Below are positions 20,836 to 31,104 of a DNA stretch of 64,000 bases, one piece after another. Each line of letters starts with the position of its first letter. Position 1 is the first letter of the stretch. Source of the DNA: an uncultured Gemmatimonadales bacterium (GTDB taxonomy: Bacteria; Gemmatimonadota; Gemmatimonadetes; Gemmatimonadales; GWC2-71-9). The position numbers were made by a program, and so were the translations under genes. A model generated the notes under the pieces. The model made no database searches. It saw only the letters and a list, made by a program, of their open reading frames with translations, and was not told the DNA's origin. The DNA lies in NCBI GenBank assembly GCA_963793205.1, contig CAWBZM010000008.1:59709-123708 (forward strand). The letters are read 5' to 3'.

Positions 20836-21453
20836 TTACCGCTTGAGCCGACCAAACTTCTTCTTATAGAGTGCCATCGCCCGGGTGATCGTCTCCCGGG
20901 CTTCTTCCGCCCCCTCGAACCCGCGGGTCCGGGTGGAGACACCCTCGAGATCCTTGTAGACCTGGAAGAAGTGTTCGATTTCCTTCAGCGTGTGCTGCGG
21001 GATGTCGTCGAGTCCGTGGATGTCGTCGGAATAGGGGTCGCCGACCGGCACCGCGAGCACCTTTTCGTCACCCTTGCCCTTGTCGATCAGGTGGAACAGC
21101 CCGATCGGGCGGCATTCCACCAGGCACCCGGGGAAGACCGGGATTTTCATCAGCACCAGCACGTCGAGCGGGTCGCCGTCGTCACCAAGGGTGCGGGGCA
21201 GGAACCCGTAGTCGCCGGGATAATGGACAGCGCTGTAGAGCACCCGGTCCAGCCGGAAGATGCCGAGCTCCTTGTCGAGCTCATACTTGTTGCGCTCGTT
21301 GGTCGGAATCTCGATGATCGCGTTGACCAGCGAGGGAGGCTCCCGTCCGGTCTCGATATCGTGCCAGGGATGCAGGCCGCGAGTCGTCTTGGGGGCAGGG
21401 CGAGGAGGCATGGGGTTCCGGCAATGGGGTTGGTTCTCGTGACTTTCTGCCAC
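20836..21453 (-). CDS. ppa: Inorganic pyrophosphatase (family I); start may be 21411
   Basis: HPWHDI, KYELDK, YP.DYGF.P.TL.DDGDPLDV, D.K, IEHFF..YKDLEG. Confidence 0.95.
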   Translation of the reverse strand: MAESHENQPHCRNPMPPRPAPKTTRGLHPWHDIETGREPPSLVNAIIEIPTNERNKYELDKELGIFRLDRVLYSAVHYPGDYGFLPRTLGDDGDPLDVLVLMKIPVFPGCLVECRPIGLFHLIDKGKGDEKVLAVPVGDPYSDDIHGLDDIPQHTLKEIEHFFQVYKDLEGVSTRTRGFEGAEEARETITRAMALYKKKFGRLKR

Positions 21454-21491
21454 CTATTCTAACACCCTGCTGCCTCCGGTAAACTTCACCG

Positions 21492-21698
21492 ATGTTCTTC
21501 GTCCGCCTCAACCCCGACCGATTCAGCGACCCCCGTTATGCGGGTCTGGAGAACCGCTTGTATGTGGCCGAGCGAATCGGGGAGGATGAGATTCGGGTCC
21601 AGATAGGGCCAGACGAGTGGATCACCGGCGATTCGGCCCACTTTCACCTGCGGCGCGGGGCGATTCCGGCCCCCGGCGAGGAGAATGGGTGGGAGTAG
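21492..21698 (+). CDS. Small hypothetical protein (68 aa)
   Basis: Fills the ppa-tRNA gap; protein-like composition; TAAACT -10-like box 6 nt before the ATG. Confidence 0.55.
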   Translation: MFFVRLNPDRFSDPRYAGLENRLYVAERIGEDEIRVQIGPDEWITGDSAHFHLRRGAIPAPGEENGWE

Positions 21699-21754
21699 CC
21701 GGTCGCGGTGGAGTTGACGCCACCGTCGGCGTAGATGAACTTGCAGCTCCACTC

Positions 21755-21837
21755 GCCCGAGTGGCGGAACGGCAGACGCAGCGGACTCAAAATCCGCCGG
21801 GGGCGACCCCGTGCGAGTTCGACCCTCGCCTCGGGCA
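21755..21837 (+). tRNA. tRNA-Leu(CAA)
   Basis: Acceptor stem GCCCGAG/CTCGGGC+A, D-loop GGAACGGCAGAC, anticodon arm GCGGA-CTCAAAA-TCCGC, long variable arm, T-loop GTTCGAC. CCA not encoded. Confidence 0.95.
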
Positions 21838-21857
21838 TACGCAGGATCCTGGTGAAC

Positions 21858-21892
21858 GCACTGCCTCGGGGAGCCCCGGTGCAGTGCTTTTT
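21858..21892 (+). terminator. Intrinsic terminator after the tRNA
   Basis: GCACTGCCTCGGGG-AG-CCCCGGTGCAGTGC-TTTTT. Confidence 0.8.
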
Positions 21893-21925
21893 CTCGTGAG
21901 CACGCGGATACGGGCATGTTCAGGA

Positions 21926-21952
21926 TGAAACGTAGGTGTGACCAGCCTCGTA
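21926..21952 (+). promoter_or_regulatory. Putative ECF sigma promoter
   Basis: TGAAAC-N17-CGTA upstream of the ABC ATPase; overlaps the inverted repeat TCGTAA-N8-TTACGA (21948-21967). Confidence 0.45.
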
Positions 21953-21983
21953 AGAATCGGATTACGACCTCAGGAGTTGACCC

Positions 21984-22892
21984 ATGCTGGAGATACGGAA
22001 ACTCACGAAGATCTACGCCAGCGGGGTGACCGCCCTCGCAGGGGTCTCCCTCGAGATTCCACCGGGGATGTTCGGATTGCTGGGCCCCAACGGCTCCGGC
22101 AAGACCACGCTCATGCGGATTCTGGCGGGCTTGCTGCAGCCCACTGCCGGCGAGGTGCTGCTGGACGGTGCGGATATCGCGCGCCGGCCGGATCTGGTCT
22201 GGCCCCAACTTGGCTACCTGCCGCAGTCGTTCGGGTTCTATCCCAACCTGACGGGGCACGCCATGCTGCTCCACATGCTACGGCTCAAGGGCGTGACCCA
22301 CGTCCGGGGGCTGGATTACCTCGCGACCGAGCTGCTCGCACGTGTTAACCTCACGGAGGCCGCCCATCGCCTGGTCAAGCAGTACTCGGGAGGGATGCGG
22401 CAGCGCCTGGGGATCGCACAGGCGATCGCAGGGACACCGGCCCTGCTGATTGTGGACGAACCGACGGCCGGGCTCGATCCCGAAGAACGCCTCCGCTTTT
22501 ACCGGATGCTCTCCGAACTGGCGGACTCCCGCACGGTGGTACTGTCGACCCACATCGTGGAAGATGTGGCCATGCTCTGCCCCCGGTTTGCGGTGATTCG
22601 CTACGGTCGACTGCTCGCGACCACGACCCCTACTGAGGCGCGCGCCGGAATCGCCGGAACCATGTATGAGGGCGAGGTGGGCCGGGCCGAGCTCGACGGA
22701 CTCGAACGTCGCTGGGGGATTACCCAGGCGCACCTGGTGGAAGGGCGAAACCGGGTGCGGATTCACGTGCCGGAGGGTGAGCCGCCGGCCGGCTTTGTGC
22801 CGGTGAGCCCGACGCTGGAGGATGCCTACATGCTCCTGACCCAGGCCGATGCCGCGTCGCGCGCCGCCCAGTCCACCGCCGGTGCCGCGTGA
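21984..22892 (+). CDS. ABC transporter ATP-binding protein
   Basis: GPNGSGKTT, YSGGMRQR, IVDEPTAGLDP, LSTH. Confidence 0.95.
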   Translation: MLEIRKLTKIYASGVTALAGVSLEIPPGMFGLLGPNGSGKTTLMRILAGLLQPTAGEVLLDGADIARRPDLVWPQLGYLPQSFGFYPNLTGHAMLLHMLRLKGVTHVRGLDYLATELLARVNLTEAAHRLVKQYSGGMRQRLGIAQAIAGTPALLIVDEPTAGLDPEERLRFYRMLSELADSRTVVLSTHIVEDVAMLCPRFAVIRYGRLLATTTPTEARAGIAGTMYEGEVGRAELDGLERRWGITQAHLVEGRNRVRIHVPEGEPPAGFVPVSPTLEDAYMLLTQADAASRAAQSTAGAA

Positions 22893-25800
22893 TGCACCTC
22901 CGGCGGTGCGGCGCGATCGCCGGTCATGAGTTGCGCACCCAACTGCGCGGCCCACTGTTCTGGGTCCTGCTACTGCTGCTCCTCGCCGCGGTGAGTACCC
23001 TGAATCCTGTGGCCATGATCCGGGGCGGAGACGGGACGGTGGGCGGGGTCCGCGCGGTCTCGAACTCGATGTACGCGCTGGCCCCGACGTTTGCGATGAG
23101 CGGGTTCTTCGTCTATCCCTTTTTCGCGGCCCTGATGGCCGGACTGGCGGTCATCCGGGATGACGAGGCGAATGTGGGCGACGTGCTCCACAGTACCCCA
23201 CTCACGGCCGCGGAGTATCTGTGGGGCAAATTTGCCGGTGTGGCGGGTGCGCTGGGCGTTGCCCTCATCGTGCATGTCATTCTGGTCATGGCGTTCCGCC
23301 AACTGGGGATCGCCGGCGTCGCGGTAGGCCCGTTCCGGCTGGCCAACTATCTGGTGCCCGCCCTGGTCTTCACGGCACCGGGGATGCTCGCTGTGGCCGG
23401 GCTGGCCTTCTTCGCCGGCGTGCGGACCCGGCGGCCCATGGTGGTGTACGCCGTCCCGACCGGGGTGTTCCTGCTCACGGTGCTGGTGTGCTGGAACTGG
23501 CGGCCCGCAGGCATCGATGCTCGGCTGGATGGGCTGCTCATGGCGCTCGACCCCAGCGGTGTGCGCTGGCTCCTGCACTCGCTGTTCGCGGAGGACCGTG
23601 GGTTCCAGATCTACAACACGACGCCCGTCCCGTTCGATGCCACGATCCTGCTGGGACGATTGATACTGCTGGCGTCACCCCTGCTGCTTGTCACGGGTTC
23701 GATCGGGCGATTCCGTCAATCAATCGGGAAGGCTGGGGCCAGTGACCGCGCCGCGCGGCCGCGTCCGGCCCCGAATCTGGCGCCAGTGTCCCGGGTGAGG
23801 GCATTCGACTCCCTGCGCAACCTGCGCATGACGACCCGGTCCCCCCGGTTCATCCGTGGCGCCGCGACAATCATGAACGCCGAGTTGCGGGAACTGTCAC
23901 GCCAACCCGCACTCTATCTGTTCAGTCTCTTCCTGATGGCCGTCGTGCTTGAGGCGGGCGGGACCCAGTCCGATGCCTACGGTGATCCGGTCCGGCTCTC
24001 GGCGGGGGCCTTTGCGGTCACCGCCCTGCCGGTCGTCACCATCCTGGTCACGTTATACCTGCTGTTTGTGGTAGTCGAGTCGATGCATCGAGACCTTGCG
24101 ACCGGCTTCGAACCAATCGCCTTTGCCAGCCCGATCAGCACCGGTGCCATGCTCACGGGCAAGGCACTGGCTTCAGGCGCGGTGATCGGATGGCTCACCG
24201 GTGTCTGCATAATCGCGGGCGCAGGGTGGCTCGCCCTTCTTCCTGGCTCGGCGATCGACCTCTGGCCACTGGTGCTGGTGTTCGGCGGCGTGCTCGGGCC
24301 GACATTGATCCTGTGGACTGCGCTGGTGACGGCACTCATGGCGGTGCTACGCCATCGCACTGGCACGCTCGCGGTCGGAATTGCCGCCCTGGTGCTGACG
24401 GGGATCCACTTCATGAGCGGCACTATGACGTGGGTCACGAACTGGCCCGTCTGGGGGGCACTGCGCTGGAGCGACTTCGGGGTCTTTCCGCTCAATGGTT
24501 CGGCGCTGCTGGTGAATCGCCTGCTGGCACTGGCCCTGGCCGCGCTGCTGGGCGCGATTGCGGTCACATTCTTCGCGCGTACCGAGCGGGACATTACTCT
24601 GATCCGGGCCAGATTCCATCCAGCGTCCCTGGGACGATTGACCCTCCGACTGGCGCCCTTCGCGCTCTTGCCGACGTTGATCGCGACGTTCCTTGGCATC
24701 CAGGTCCACACCGGATTCCAGGGAGCTGAGGCCCGGGGTTTCGCCACTGATCAGCGTCCGCTCGCACTCGTGGGTGACAGTCTGATTCCGCCAACGATTC
24801 GTCATGTGGACCTCGATCTGACGCTCGATCCGGTCGCACGGGGCATGACCGTGCGGGGGACCTACCTGCTGGTGAATGAGACCGGCCACGCACTGGGTCG
24901 CCTCCCGTTCACGATCCCGCAGGACTTCGGTCCGGTCCGGTGGGAGATCGGGGGAACAAGCATCGTACCCGTCGTCCGTGCGGGGCTGCAGCTCCTCACC
25001 CCGCCCGCAGCATTGGAACCCGGCGACTCGCTCGCACTGGGATTCGCGTATCAGATGCACCATCCCCGCGGCTATACCCGCAATGGTGGAGGCACCGGGA
25101 CCTTCATTCTCCCCGCTGGAGTCGTTCTCACTACCCGCCGGGGAGCCTTTCTCCCGCTCCCTGGGTACCAGGCCGACGCGCCAGAGGGCGTGATACGCCC
25201 CGCTGCCGTCTCAACCACCAGCGGCGTTTCCCGCGCCTTCAATCACGGGAAATCCTTCAGCGCCCGGATCGCCGTCAACAGCCCCCGTGGGTTCGTCGTC
25301 AATAGCGTGGGGCGACAGGTCAGCGAATCCGCGGATCAGGAGCGGACGAGGACCGTGTGGAAAACCGTGCAGCCGGTGGGTGCACTCAATCTGGTCGGCG
25401 GAGCATTGGAGGTCAGGAGGGAAGGCGATGTGGCGGTGTTCTACCACCATGGGCATTCGGCGAGCGCAGGTCGGATTCTCCGGACGCTTCGTGCGGCCCA
25501 CACCCGCTATACCGAGTGGTTCTCGCCCCTCCCGTGGAGGGAACTCCGGCTCAGCGAGTTTCCCGATCTCGAAACGGGCGCGAGTTCCTACCCGGGAAAT
25601 ATCACGTTCGCGGAAGGGCTCGGATTTCTCTCGGCGGGGTCGGGGGCAACCGGGCTGCCCTTCGCGGTGACCGCGCATGAGACAGCACACCAATGGTGGG
25701 GCCACCTGTTCCGTATCGGGGAAGGGCCGGGCACCGGTCTGCTGGTTGAGGGGATGGCCGACTACGCCACCCTGCTGCTGGCCGAATCGGAACTGGGGCC

Positions 25801-26422
25801 CGAGGGACGAATGGCATTCGCCCGACGGCTCGAGTCGGAGTACCTCGCTCAACGGCGTCCGACGGAGCACCCCATCCTGGCGACCGACGAGGGCGCCCCC
25901 GATGATGAGGTGGTACTGCAAAAGAAGGGCGCCTGGGCGCTGTGGATGCTGGATCAATCGCTGGGCCGGGAACAGATGCTGGCCGGATTGCGCGAGTTCA
26001 TTCGGCAGCGGCGCGGACAGCCGGACCTGGCGGTACCCCGACAACTGCTCGCGGCCCTGCGCCATCAGGCGGCGGATACCGCGTCGTTCGACCGCGTGGT
26101 TGCACAGTGGTTCGAGGACGTCGTGTTACCCGAGATTCGCGTAGGTGAGGCCCGTTGTGTCTCAGAGGAGGGCCTGCAGCACTGCTCGGCCCTCGTTGAG
26201 AATGTGGGCTCCGGCACCGCAGCGTTCGCGCTGGCGGCGGTGGGGACCGATTCCGCCGGCCAAACGCCCATCCTGTGTCAGACCACCGTGGTGCTTGCCG
26301 CTGGGCAGGCGCGGCGAGAGAGCTGTGTCACCCTCGGCGGCCGACCGGAACGAATGACGGCAGATCCGGAGGTGCTCCTGCTGCAGCGCAATCGGGACAA
26401 AGCGTCCATGCTGGTGCCGTAA
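22889..26422 (+). CDS. ABC-2 type permease (duplicated) fused to an M1 zinc aminopeptidase domain
   Basis: Two multi-TM halves followed by VTAHETAHQWWG..x..EGMADY (HExxH-x18-E). Confidence 0.88.
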   Translation: MMHLRRCGAIAGHELRTQLRGPLFWVLLLLLLAAVSTLNPVAMIRGGDGTVGGVRAVSNSMYALAPTFAMSGFFVYPFFAALMAGLAVIRDDEANVGDVLHSTPLTAAEYLWGKFAGVAGALGVALIVHVILVMAFRQLGIAGVAVGPFRLANYLVPALVFTAPGMLAVAGLAFFAGVRTRRPMVVYAVPTGVFLLTVLVCWNWRPAGIDARLDGLLMALDPSGVRWLLHSLFAEDRGFQIYNTTPVPFDATILLGRLILLASPLLLVTGSIGRFRQSIGKAGASDRAARPRPAPNLAPVSRVRAFDSLRNLRMTTRSPRFIRGAATIMNAELRELSRQPALYLFSLFLMAVVLEAGGTQSDAYGDPVRLSAGAFAVTALPVVTILVTLYLLFVVVESMHRDLATGFEPIAFASPISTGAMLTGKALASGAVIGWLTGVCIIAGAGWLALLPGSAIDLWPLVLVFGGVLGPTLILWTALVTALMAVLRHRTGTLAVGIAALVLTGIHFMSGTMTWVTNWPVWGALRWSDFGVFPLNGSALLVNRLLALALAALLGAIAVTFFARTERDITLIRARFHPASLGRLTLRLAPFALLPTLIATFLGIQVHTGFQGAEARGFATDQRPLALVGDSLIPPTIRHVDLDLTLDPVARGMTVRGTYLLVNETGHALGRLPFTIPQDFGPVRWEIGGTSIVPVVRAGLQLLTPPAALEPGDSLALGFAYQMHHPRGYTRNGGGTGTFILPAGVVLTTRRGAFLPLPGYQADAPEGVIRPAAVSTTSGVSRAFNHGKSFSARIAVNSPRGFVVNSVGRQVSESADQERTRTVWKTVQPVGALNLVGGALEVRREGDVAVFYHHGHSASAGRILRTLRAAHTRYTEWFSPLPWRELRLSEFPDLETGASSYPGNITFAEGLGFLSAGSGATGLPFAVTAHETAHQWWGHLFRIGEGPGTGLLVEGMADYATLLLAESELGPEGRMAFARRLESEYLAQRRPTEHPILATDEGAPDDEVVLQKKGAWALWMLDQSLGREQMLAGLREFIRQRRGQPDLAVPRQLLAALRHQAADTASFDRVVAQWFEDVVLPEIRVGEARCVSEEGLQHCSALVENVGSGTAAFALAAVGTDSAGQTPILCQTTVVLAAGQARRESCVTLGGRPERMTADPEVLLLQRNRDKASMLVP

Positions 26423-26633
26423 GACGGCGCCGGATCCGCCCACGGCATCCGGGATCACGGTTCCCCCACCCCAGCCGGACGATGGTGACAGCTCCCGTCT
26501 GCATCCTACGAGCGATTGCACTGGTCCGCATGGTGCACGCACCCTTCCTGCGGCCGCATGATCGCTGTCTCACCCCGCCGCTGCACCGCATGATGCTGCG
26601 GCGGCCGCCAGTTCTCAGAGTGCAACTGGAGTC

Positions 26634-27704
26634 TTGTTGACTAACGCCGCCCTCCCCATCCCGGATGCTCCAAGTCCCACGCCACCCCCGGCGCGCCGGC
26701 TGCTGTGGGCGGGTGCCGGGGTCGTGCTCTGGGTGGGGTTGTACAGCCAGACGGCCACCGTCGCCGACTGGCTGACGTACGATCTCTTCGGGCTCAACGA
26801 GGGAACCCGGCTGGGGGAATCGCTCGCCTTCTTCCTGTACGATGTGCCGAAGGTGCTGCTGCTGCTCGTGGCGGTCGTTTTCGGTGTCGGGGTGATCCGC
26901 AGCTTCGTGACACCCGAGCGGACCCGGCAGCTCCTGGCCGGACGGCGCGAGAGTGTCGGCAACATCATGGCCGCCGGTCTCGGAATCGTCACCCCGTTCT
27001 GTTCCTGCTCCGCCGTCCCGCTCTTCATCGGCTTCGTGAAGGGCGGTGTGCCCCTCGGGGTCACCTTTTCGTTCCTGATCTCCGCCCCGATGGTCAACGA
27101 GGTGGCGCTGGTACTTCTGGCCGGGCTGTTCGGGCCCTGGGTGGCGCTCCTGTATCTCACAACTGGGCTGACGATCGCGATCGTCGCCGGGTGGGTGATC
27201 GGGCGTCTTCATCTCGAGGCCTGGATCGAGCCGTGGGTGACCGCCATGCCCGCCGTGGCGGCGACGGGGGCCGAGTCTCCGATACTGCGCTGGGGGGATC
27301 GTGTCACCCTGGGCCGCGAGGCAGTGGCCGAAATCGTCGGCAAGGTCTGGCCATGGGTGGTGGCGGGCATTGGCGTCGGGGCGCTGATCCATGGCTACGT
27401 CCCGACCGGGGCGATGGCGCAGCTGCTGGGAACCGGCCGCTGGTGGTCGGTCCCACTCGCGGTGGTGCTGGGCGTCCCGATGTACTCCAATGCCGCTGGC
27501 ATCATTCCCATTGTCCAGGCGTTGCTGGAGAAGGGCGCACCGTTCGGCTCGGTGCTGGCGTTCATGATGTCCGTCATCGCCCTGTCATTCCCCGAGATGG
27601 TGATCCTCCGCAAGGTGCTCCAGCCGAAGCTCATCGCGGTGTTCATCGGCGTCGTGACCGCCGGGATCGTCATGGTGGGGTACCTGTTCAACGCTGTTCT
27701 CTGA
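26634..27704 (+). CDS. DUF318/ArsP-like permease
   Basis: TPFCSCSAVPLFIG, FLISAPMVNE, GVPMYSNAAG, ALSFPE..ILRKV. Confidence 0.9.
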   Translation: MLTNAALPIPDAPSPTPPPARRLLWAGAGVVLWVGLYSQTATVADWLTYDLFGLNEGTRLGESLAFFLYDVPKVLLLLVAVVFGVGVIRSFVTPERTRQLLAGRRESVGNIMAAGLGIVTPFCSCSAVPLFIGFVKGGVPLGVTFSFLISAPMVNEVALVLLAGLFGPWVALLYLTTGLTIAIVAGWVIGRLHLEAWIEPWVTAMPAVAATGAESPILRWGDRVTLGREAVAEIVGKVWPWVVAGIGVGALIHGYVPTGAMAQLLGTGRWWSVPLAVVLGVPMYSNAAGIIPIVQALLEKGAPFGSVLAFMMSVIALSFPEMVILRKVLQPKLIAVFIGVVTAGIVMVGYLFNAVL

Positions 27705-27714
27705 AGGAGGCTGT

Positions 27715-27951
27715 ATGCGCATCGAGATTCTGGGCACCGGGTGCTCCCGGTGTCAGCAACTGACGCAGAACGTCCGGACCGCGCTCACCCAACTGGGCTC
27801 AGACGCTGACGTGGTCAAGGTCGAGGACCTCAAACAGATCATGGCGTACGGGGTGCTCAGTACCCCGGCGCTGGTGGTGGATGGCCAGGTCAAGCTTGCC
27901 GGTCGCGTGCCGGCGCCAAAGGAGTTGGAGGAGCTCCTGCGTACCGTCTAG
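27715..27951 (+). CDS. Small thioredoxin-family redox-active disulfide protein
   Basis: MRIEILGTGCSRC, YGVLSTPALVVDG; AGGAGG RBS. Confidence 0.92.
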   Translation: MRIEILGTGCSRCQQLTQNVRTALTQLGSDADVVKVEDLKQIMAYGVLSTPALVVDGQVKLAGRVPAPKELEELLRTV

Positions 27952-28046
27952 CCCGGTATTTCCTCCGCCGGTAACCCTTCAGGGCCTCCCGGTGTCCGAT
28001 CCGTGGCAGTCAACCGCCTTGCGAAGGGCAGCGGACGGCGTATTGT

Positions 28047-28059
28047 TTAAGAGTCTTAA
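28047..28059. promoter_or_regulatory. Palindromic operator upstream of padR
   Basis: TTAAGA-G-TCTTAA, an AT-rich palindrome 13 nt before the ATG. Confidence 0.6.
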
Positions 28060-28072
28060 TAGAGAGCCTGGA

Positions 28073-28411
28073 ATGAGTGAGCCCATGCCCGTCGTGAAGG
28101 GGACCCTCGATCTGCTGGTCCTCAAGGCCCTGACCTGGCAGACCATGCACGGCTTCGAGATTGTCGACTGGCTCGAACGGAAGTCGGGTGGCAGCCTCGA
28201 ACTGGAAGAAGCGGCCCTCTACCAGGCGCTGTACCGGATGGAGGCCCGACGCCTGGTGGCCGCTGAGTGGGGCGTGACGGAGAACAACCGCCGGGCGCGC
28301 TACTACCGGCTCACGCCCCGCGGAGAAACCCACCTGAAGGAGCAGACCACCCAATGGCTCCGCTACGCCGACACGATGGCGAGCATCCTCACGCTCGCGA
28401 CGAGGGCCTGA
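28073..28411 (+). CDS. PadR family transcriptional regulator (acidobacterial type)
   Basis: GTLDLLVLKAL, MHGFEI, LYQALYRME, EWGVTENNRRARYY.LT. Confidence 0.93.
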   Translation: MSEPMPVVKGTLDLLVLKALTWQTMHGFEIVDWLERKSGGSLELEEAALYQALYRMEARRLVAAEWGVTENNRRARYYRLTPRGETHLKEQTTQWLRYADTMASILTLATRA

Positions 28412-28414
28412 CGC

Positions 28415-31088
28415 ATGGCACCGATTCGCCCCGGCATTCGCCGCCTGCTTCGACTGGCCGGTCCGCAGGACGACCAGCGCGAGGTGGATGAAGAGATCGA
28501 ATTGCATCTCGAGCTACTCACCCAGCGCCTCATCACCGAAGGCCTGGATCCGGCGAGCGCACGGGCTGAAGCCAATCGACGCTTCGGCGCCGGACATCCC
28601 GGGCGCGCCGCCCTGTACCAGGCCGCCCGCCAACGCAACGCCAGCCAGCGTCTGCGGGATCGATGGGAGGCGGTCATCCAGGACCTCCGGTACGCCGCCC
28701 GCAGCCTGGCCCGCGAACCGGTAGTCACCGGGTTCATCGTCCTGACGGTAGCGTTGGCCATTGGCGTCAACGTCCTCGGGATCGGGTTTATCGATCAGGT
28801 CCTGCTGCGCGGCCCGGCCCACGTTGCGAGACCAGGGGAGCTGGTTCGCTTCTTTCAGCGGACCGAAGGCCCCCCGTTCGGCACACGGACTTCGGCGTGG
28901 ATTCCCTATCCGAGCTTCCTGCACCTGAAGGACGAGTTGCGCCAGCTCAGTGGCATCGGAGCATATCACCTCAGCGAGTTGGCGGTGGGCGACGATCAGC
29001 AGCGTCGGACCATGCGGGTGAGCCAGACCCTGGGTGGCTACTTCCAGCTGCTCGGGACCCAGCCGCTGCGCGGGCGGTTCTTCTCTGCCGACGAGGACGC
29101 CGCCGGGGCGGGACCACTCGCCGTGATCAGCGCCGCGATGTGGCAGCGGGAAATGGCCAGTGATCCGAAGGTGATCGGTCGCACGATCATGGTTGGTGAC
29201 TCCCCGTACACCATTGTCGGCGTCGCGCCGGACGGATTCACCGGGGCGGGGCGCGGCCGGGTGGACCTCTGGCTGCTGGGCGATTCCAGGACCGCGCGGA
29301 ACTGGAACTGGTGGATCGTGGGTCGGCTGCGGCCGGGGGCGACCGCCGCAGCGGTGGGGCAGGCGGCCGACGCAATTCATCGGCGCACCGGGCAGGACGG
29401 CCCGCGCTGGACCTGGGATGCCACGATGTCCGCCGGTCCACTGCGCCTGGGGGACGCGGGGGAGGAATCGATCGAAACCGTTATGGCGGGCTGGCTCGGG
29501 GGGATTTCGGCGATCGTGCTGCTGATCGCCTGCGCCAATGTGGTCAACCTGCTGCTGGCCCGCCTGGCTCGGCGGCGACGGGAGCTGGCGGTGCGGGTCG
29601 CCCTGGGTGCAGGGCGCACCCGGGTCGTGCGCCTCGTGCTCGCCGAGGGGTTGGTACTGGTCAGCGTCAGCGCGCTCGCCAGCCTCGCCGTCGTGCTGCT
29701 CGCCGAGCCGCTGGTCCGTCAGACCTTTTTCCCCGAGGTGGGGTGGTCGCTCTCGCTCGTGGACTCCCGGACGGTGGGGCTGATAACCGGTATTGCAGTC
29801 ATGGCGGGGGTGCTGATCGGTCTGGTGCCGGCCCTCAAGGCGGGCGGCATGTCACTGACGGCGGCCCTCCGGAGCGGGGCCAGGGCGGAGGGGAGTCACT
29901 CCCGACTGCGCGCCGGCCTCACGGTGGTACAGGCGGGGCTCTCGGTCCTGCTGCTCATCGCCGCTGGCCTCTTTATCCGCAGTCAGCAGCGTGCCGGTGC
30001 GGTCGACCTCGGCCTGAATGTCCGACAATGTTGTCATTCCGGAATTGCGACTGCGACCTTTGATCGGCAACGACGGTGACCGTGCCCAGGTAGAGGATGA
30101 GCGCGACCGCCGCCTGCTTGACGCTGTCCGGGTGGTTCCGGGGGTTGCGCAGGCCAGCCTCGTGATCGCGCCACCGCTGGGCGGGATGAGCTTTTCCACC
30201 GCGCTCTCGGTACCTGGACTCGACTCCATTCCGGTCTATCCTGGTGGGGGGCCGTACCTGACGGCGGTCAGCGCCTCCTACTTCGCCACGATCGGGACGG
30301 CGGTGCTTCACGGCCGCCCCTTTCTGGAGACCGACCGTCGAGGCAGTGAACCGGTCGCGATCGTCAGCCAATCGATGGCGAGGGCACTCTGGCCCGACCG
30401 GGAGGCTATTGGACAGTGCCTGCGCATCGGGTCAGGCAACCCGCCGTGTTCCCGGATCGTGGGCGTCGCGGTGGATGTGCATCGCAACGGGCTCAAGGAG
30501 GATCCCGCGCTGCAGTACTATGTCCCGCTCGGTCAGGAGGTGGGTGTCTCCGGGCCCAGCCTGCTGATCCGCACCACCGGGAACCCCGACCGCGTGTTCC
30601 CGGCCATCCGGCAGGCGTTGCTGGCAGCCGATGCCGCGGTGCTGACGGTGGATCCGCGGCGCCTGAGTGACGTGCTGGATGCGGAGACGCGGACCGTGCG
30701 CCTCGGTCTCATGGCGTTTGGCTTGAGCGGAGGGCTCGCGCTGGTGGTTGCGCTGCTTGGCATCTACAGCCTGATGTCCTATATGGTCGCCTGGCGGACC
30801 CATGAGATCGGCGTACGCATGGCGCTGGGGGCAACTAACGGGCGGGTGGTGCGGCTGGTGGTGCAGAACGTCCTGTTCCTGGCCCTCGTGGGAATCGCGG
30901 GCGGGATCGCGCTTGCCCTGGTTGGCGGCAGGTGGGTCGAGCCGTACCTCTTCGAGACGGGTGGACGCGATCCGCTGGTCTACGGAGTCGTGACGTTGCT
31001 GCTCCTCGCCGTCTCGCTGCTGGCAGGATGGTTGCCTGCGAGACGTGCCGTTCGCATCAGCCCGACGGCGGCGCTGCGCGCCGATTGA
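28415..31088 (+). CDS. ADOP-type duplicated ABC permease (MacB/FtsX domains; one frameshift near 30020)
   Basis: DEEIELHLE, QDLRYAARSL, LLIACANVVNLLL, RELAVRVALGAGR; second half RTHEIGVRMALGA, WLPARRA.RI.P..ALR. Confidence 0.9.
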
Positions 31089-31104
31089 ACCAGGCCGGAC
31101 CTGC

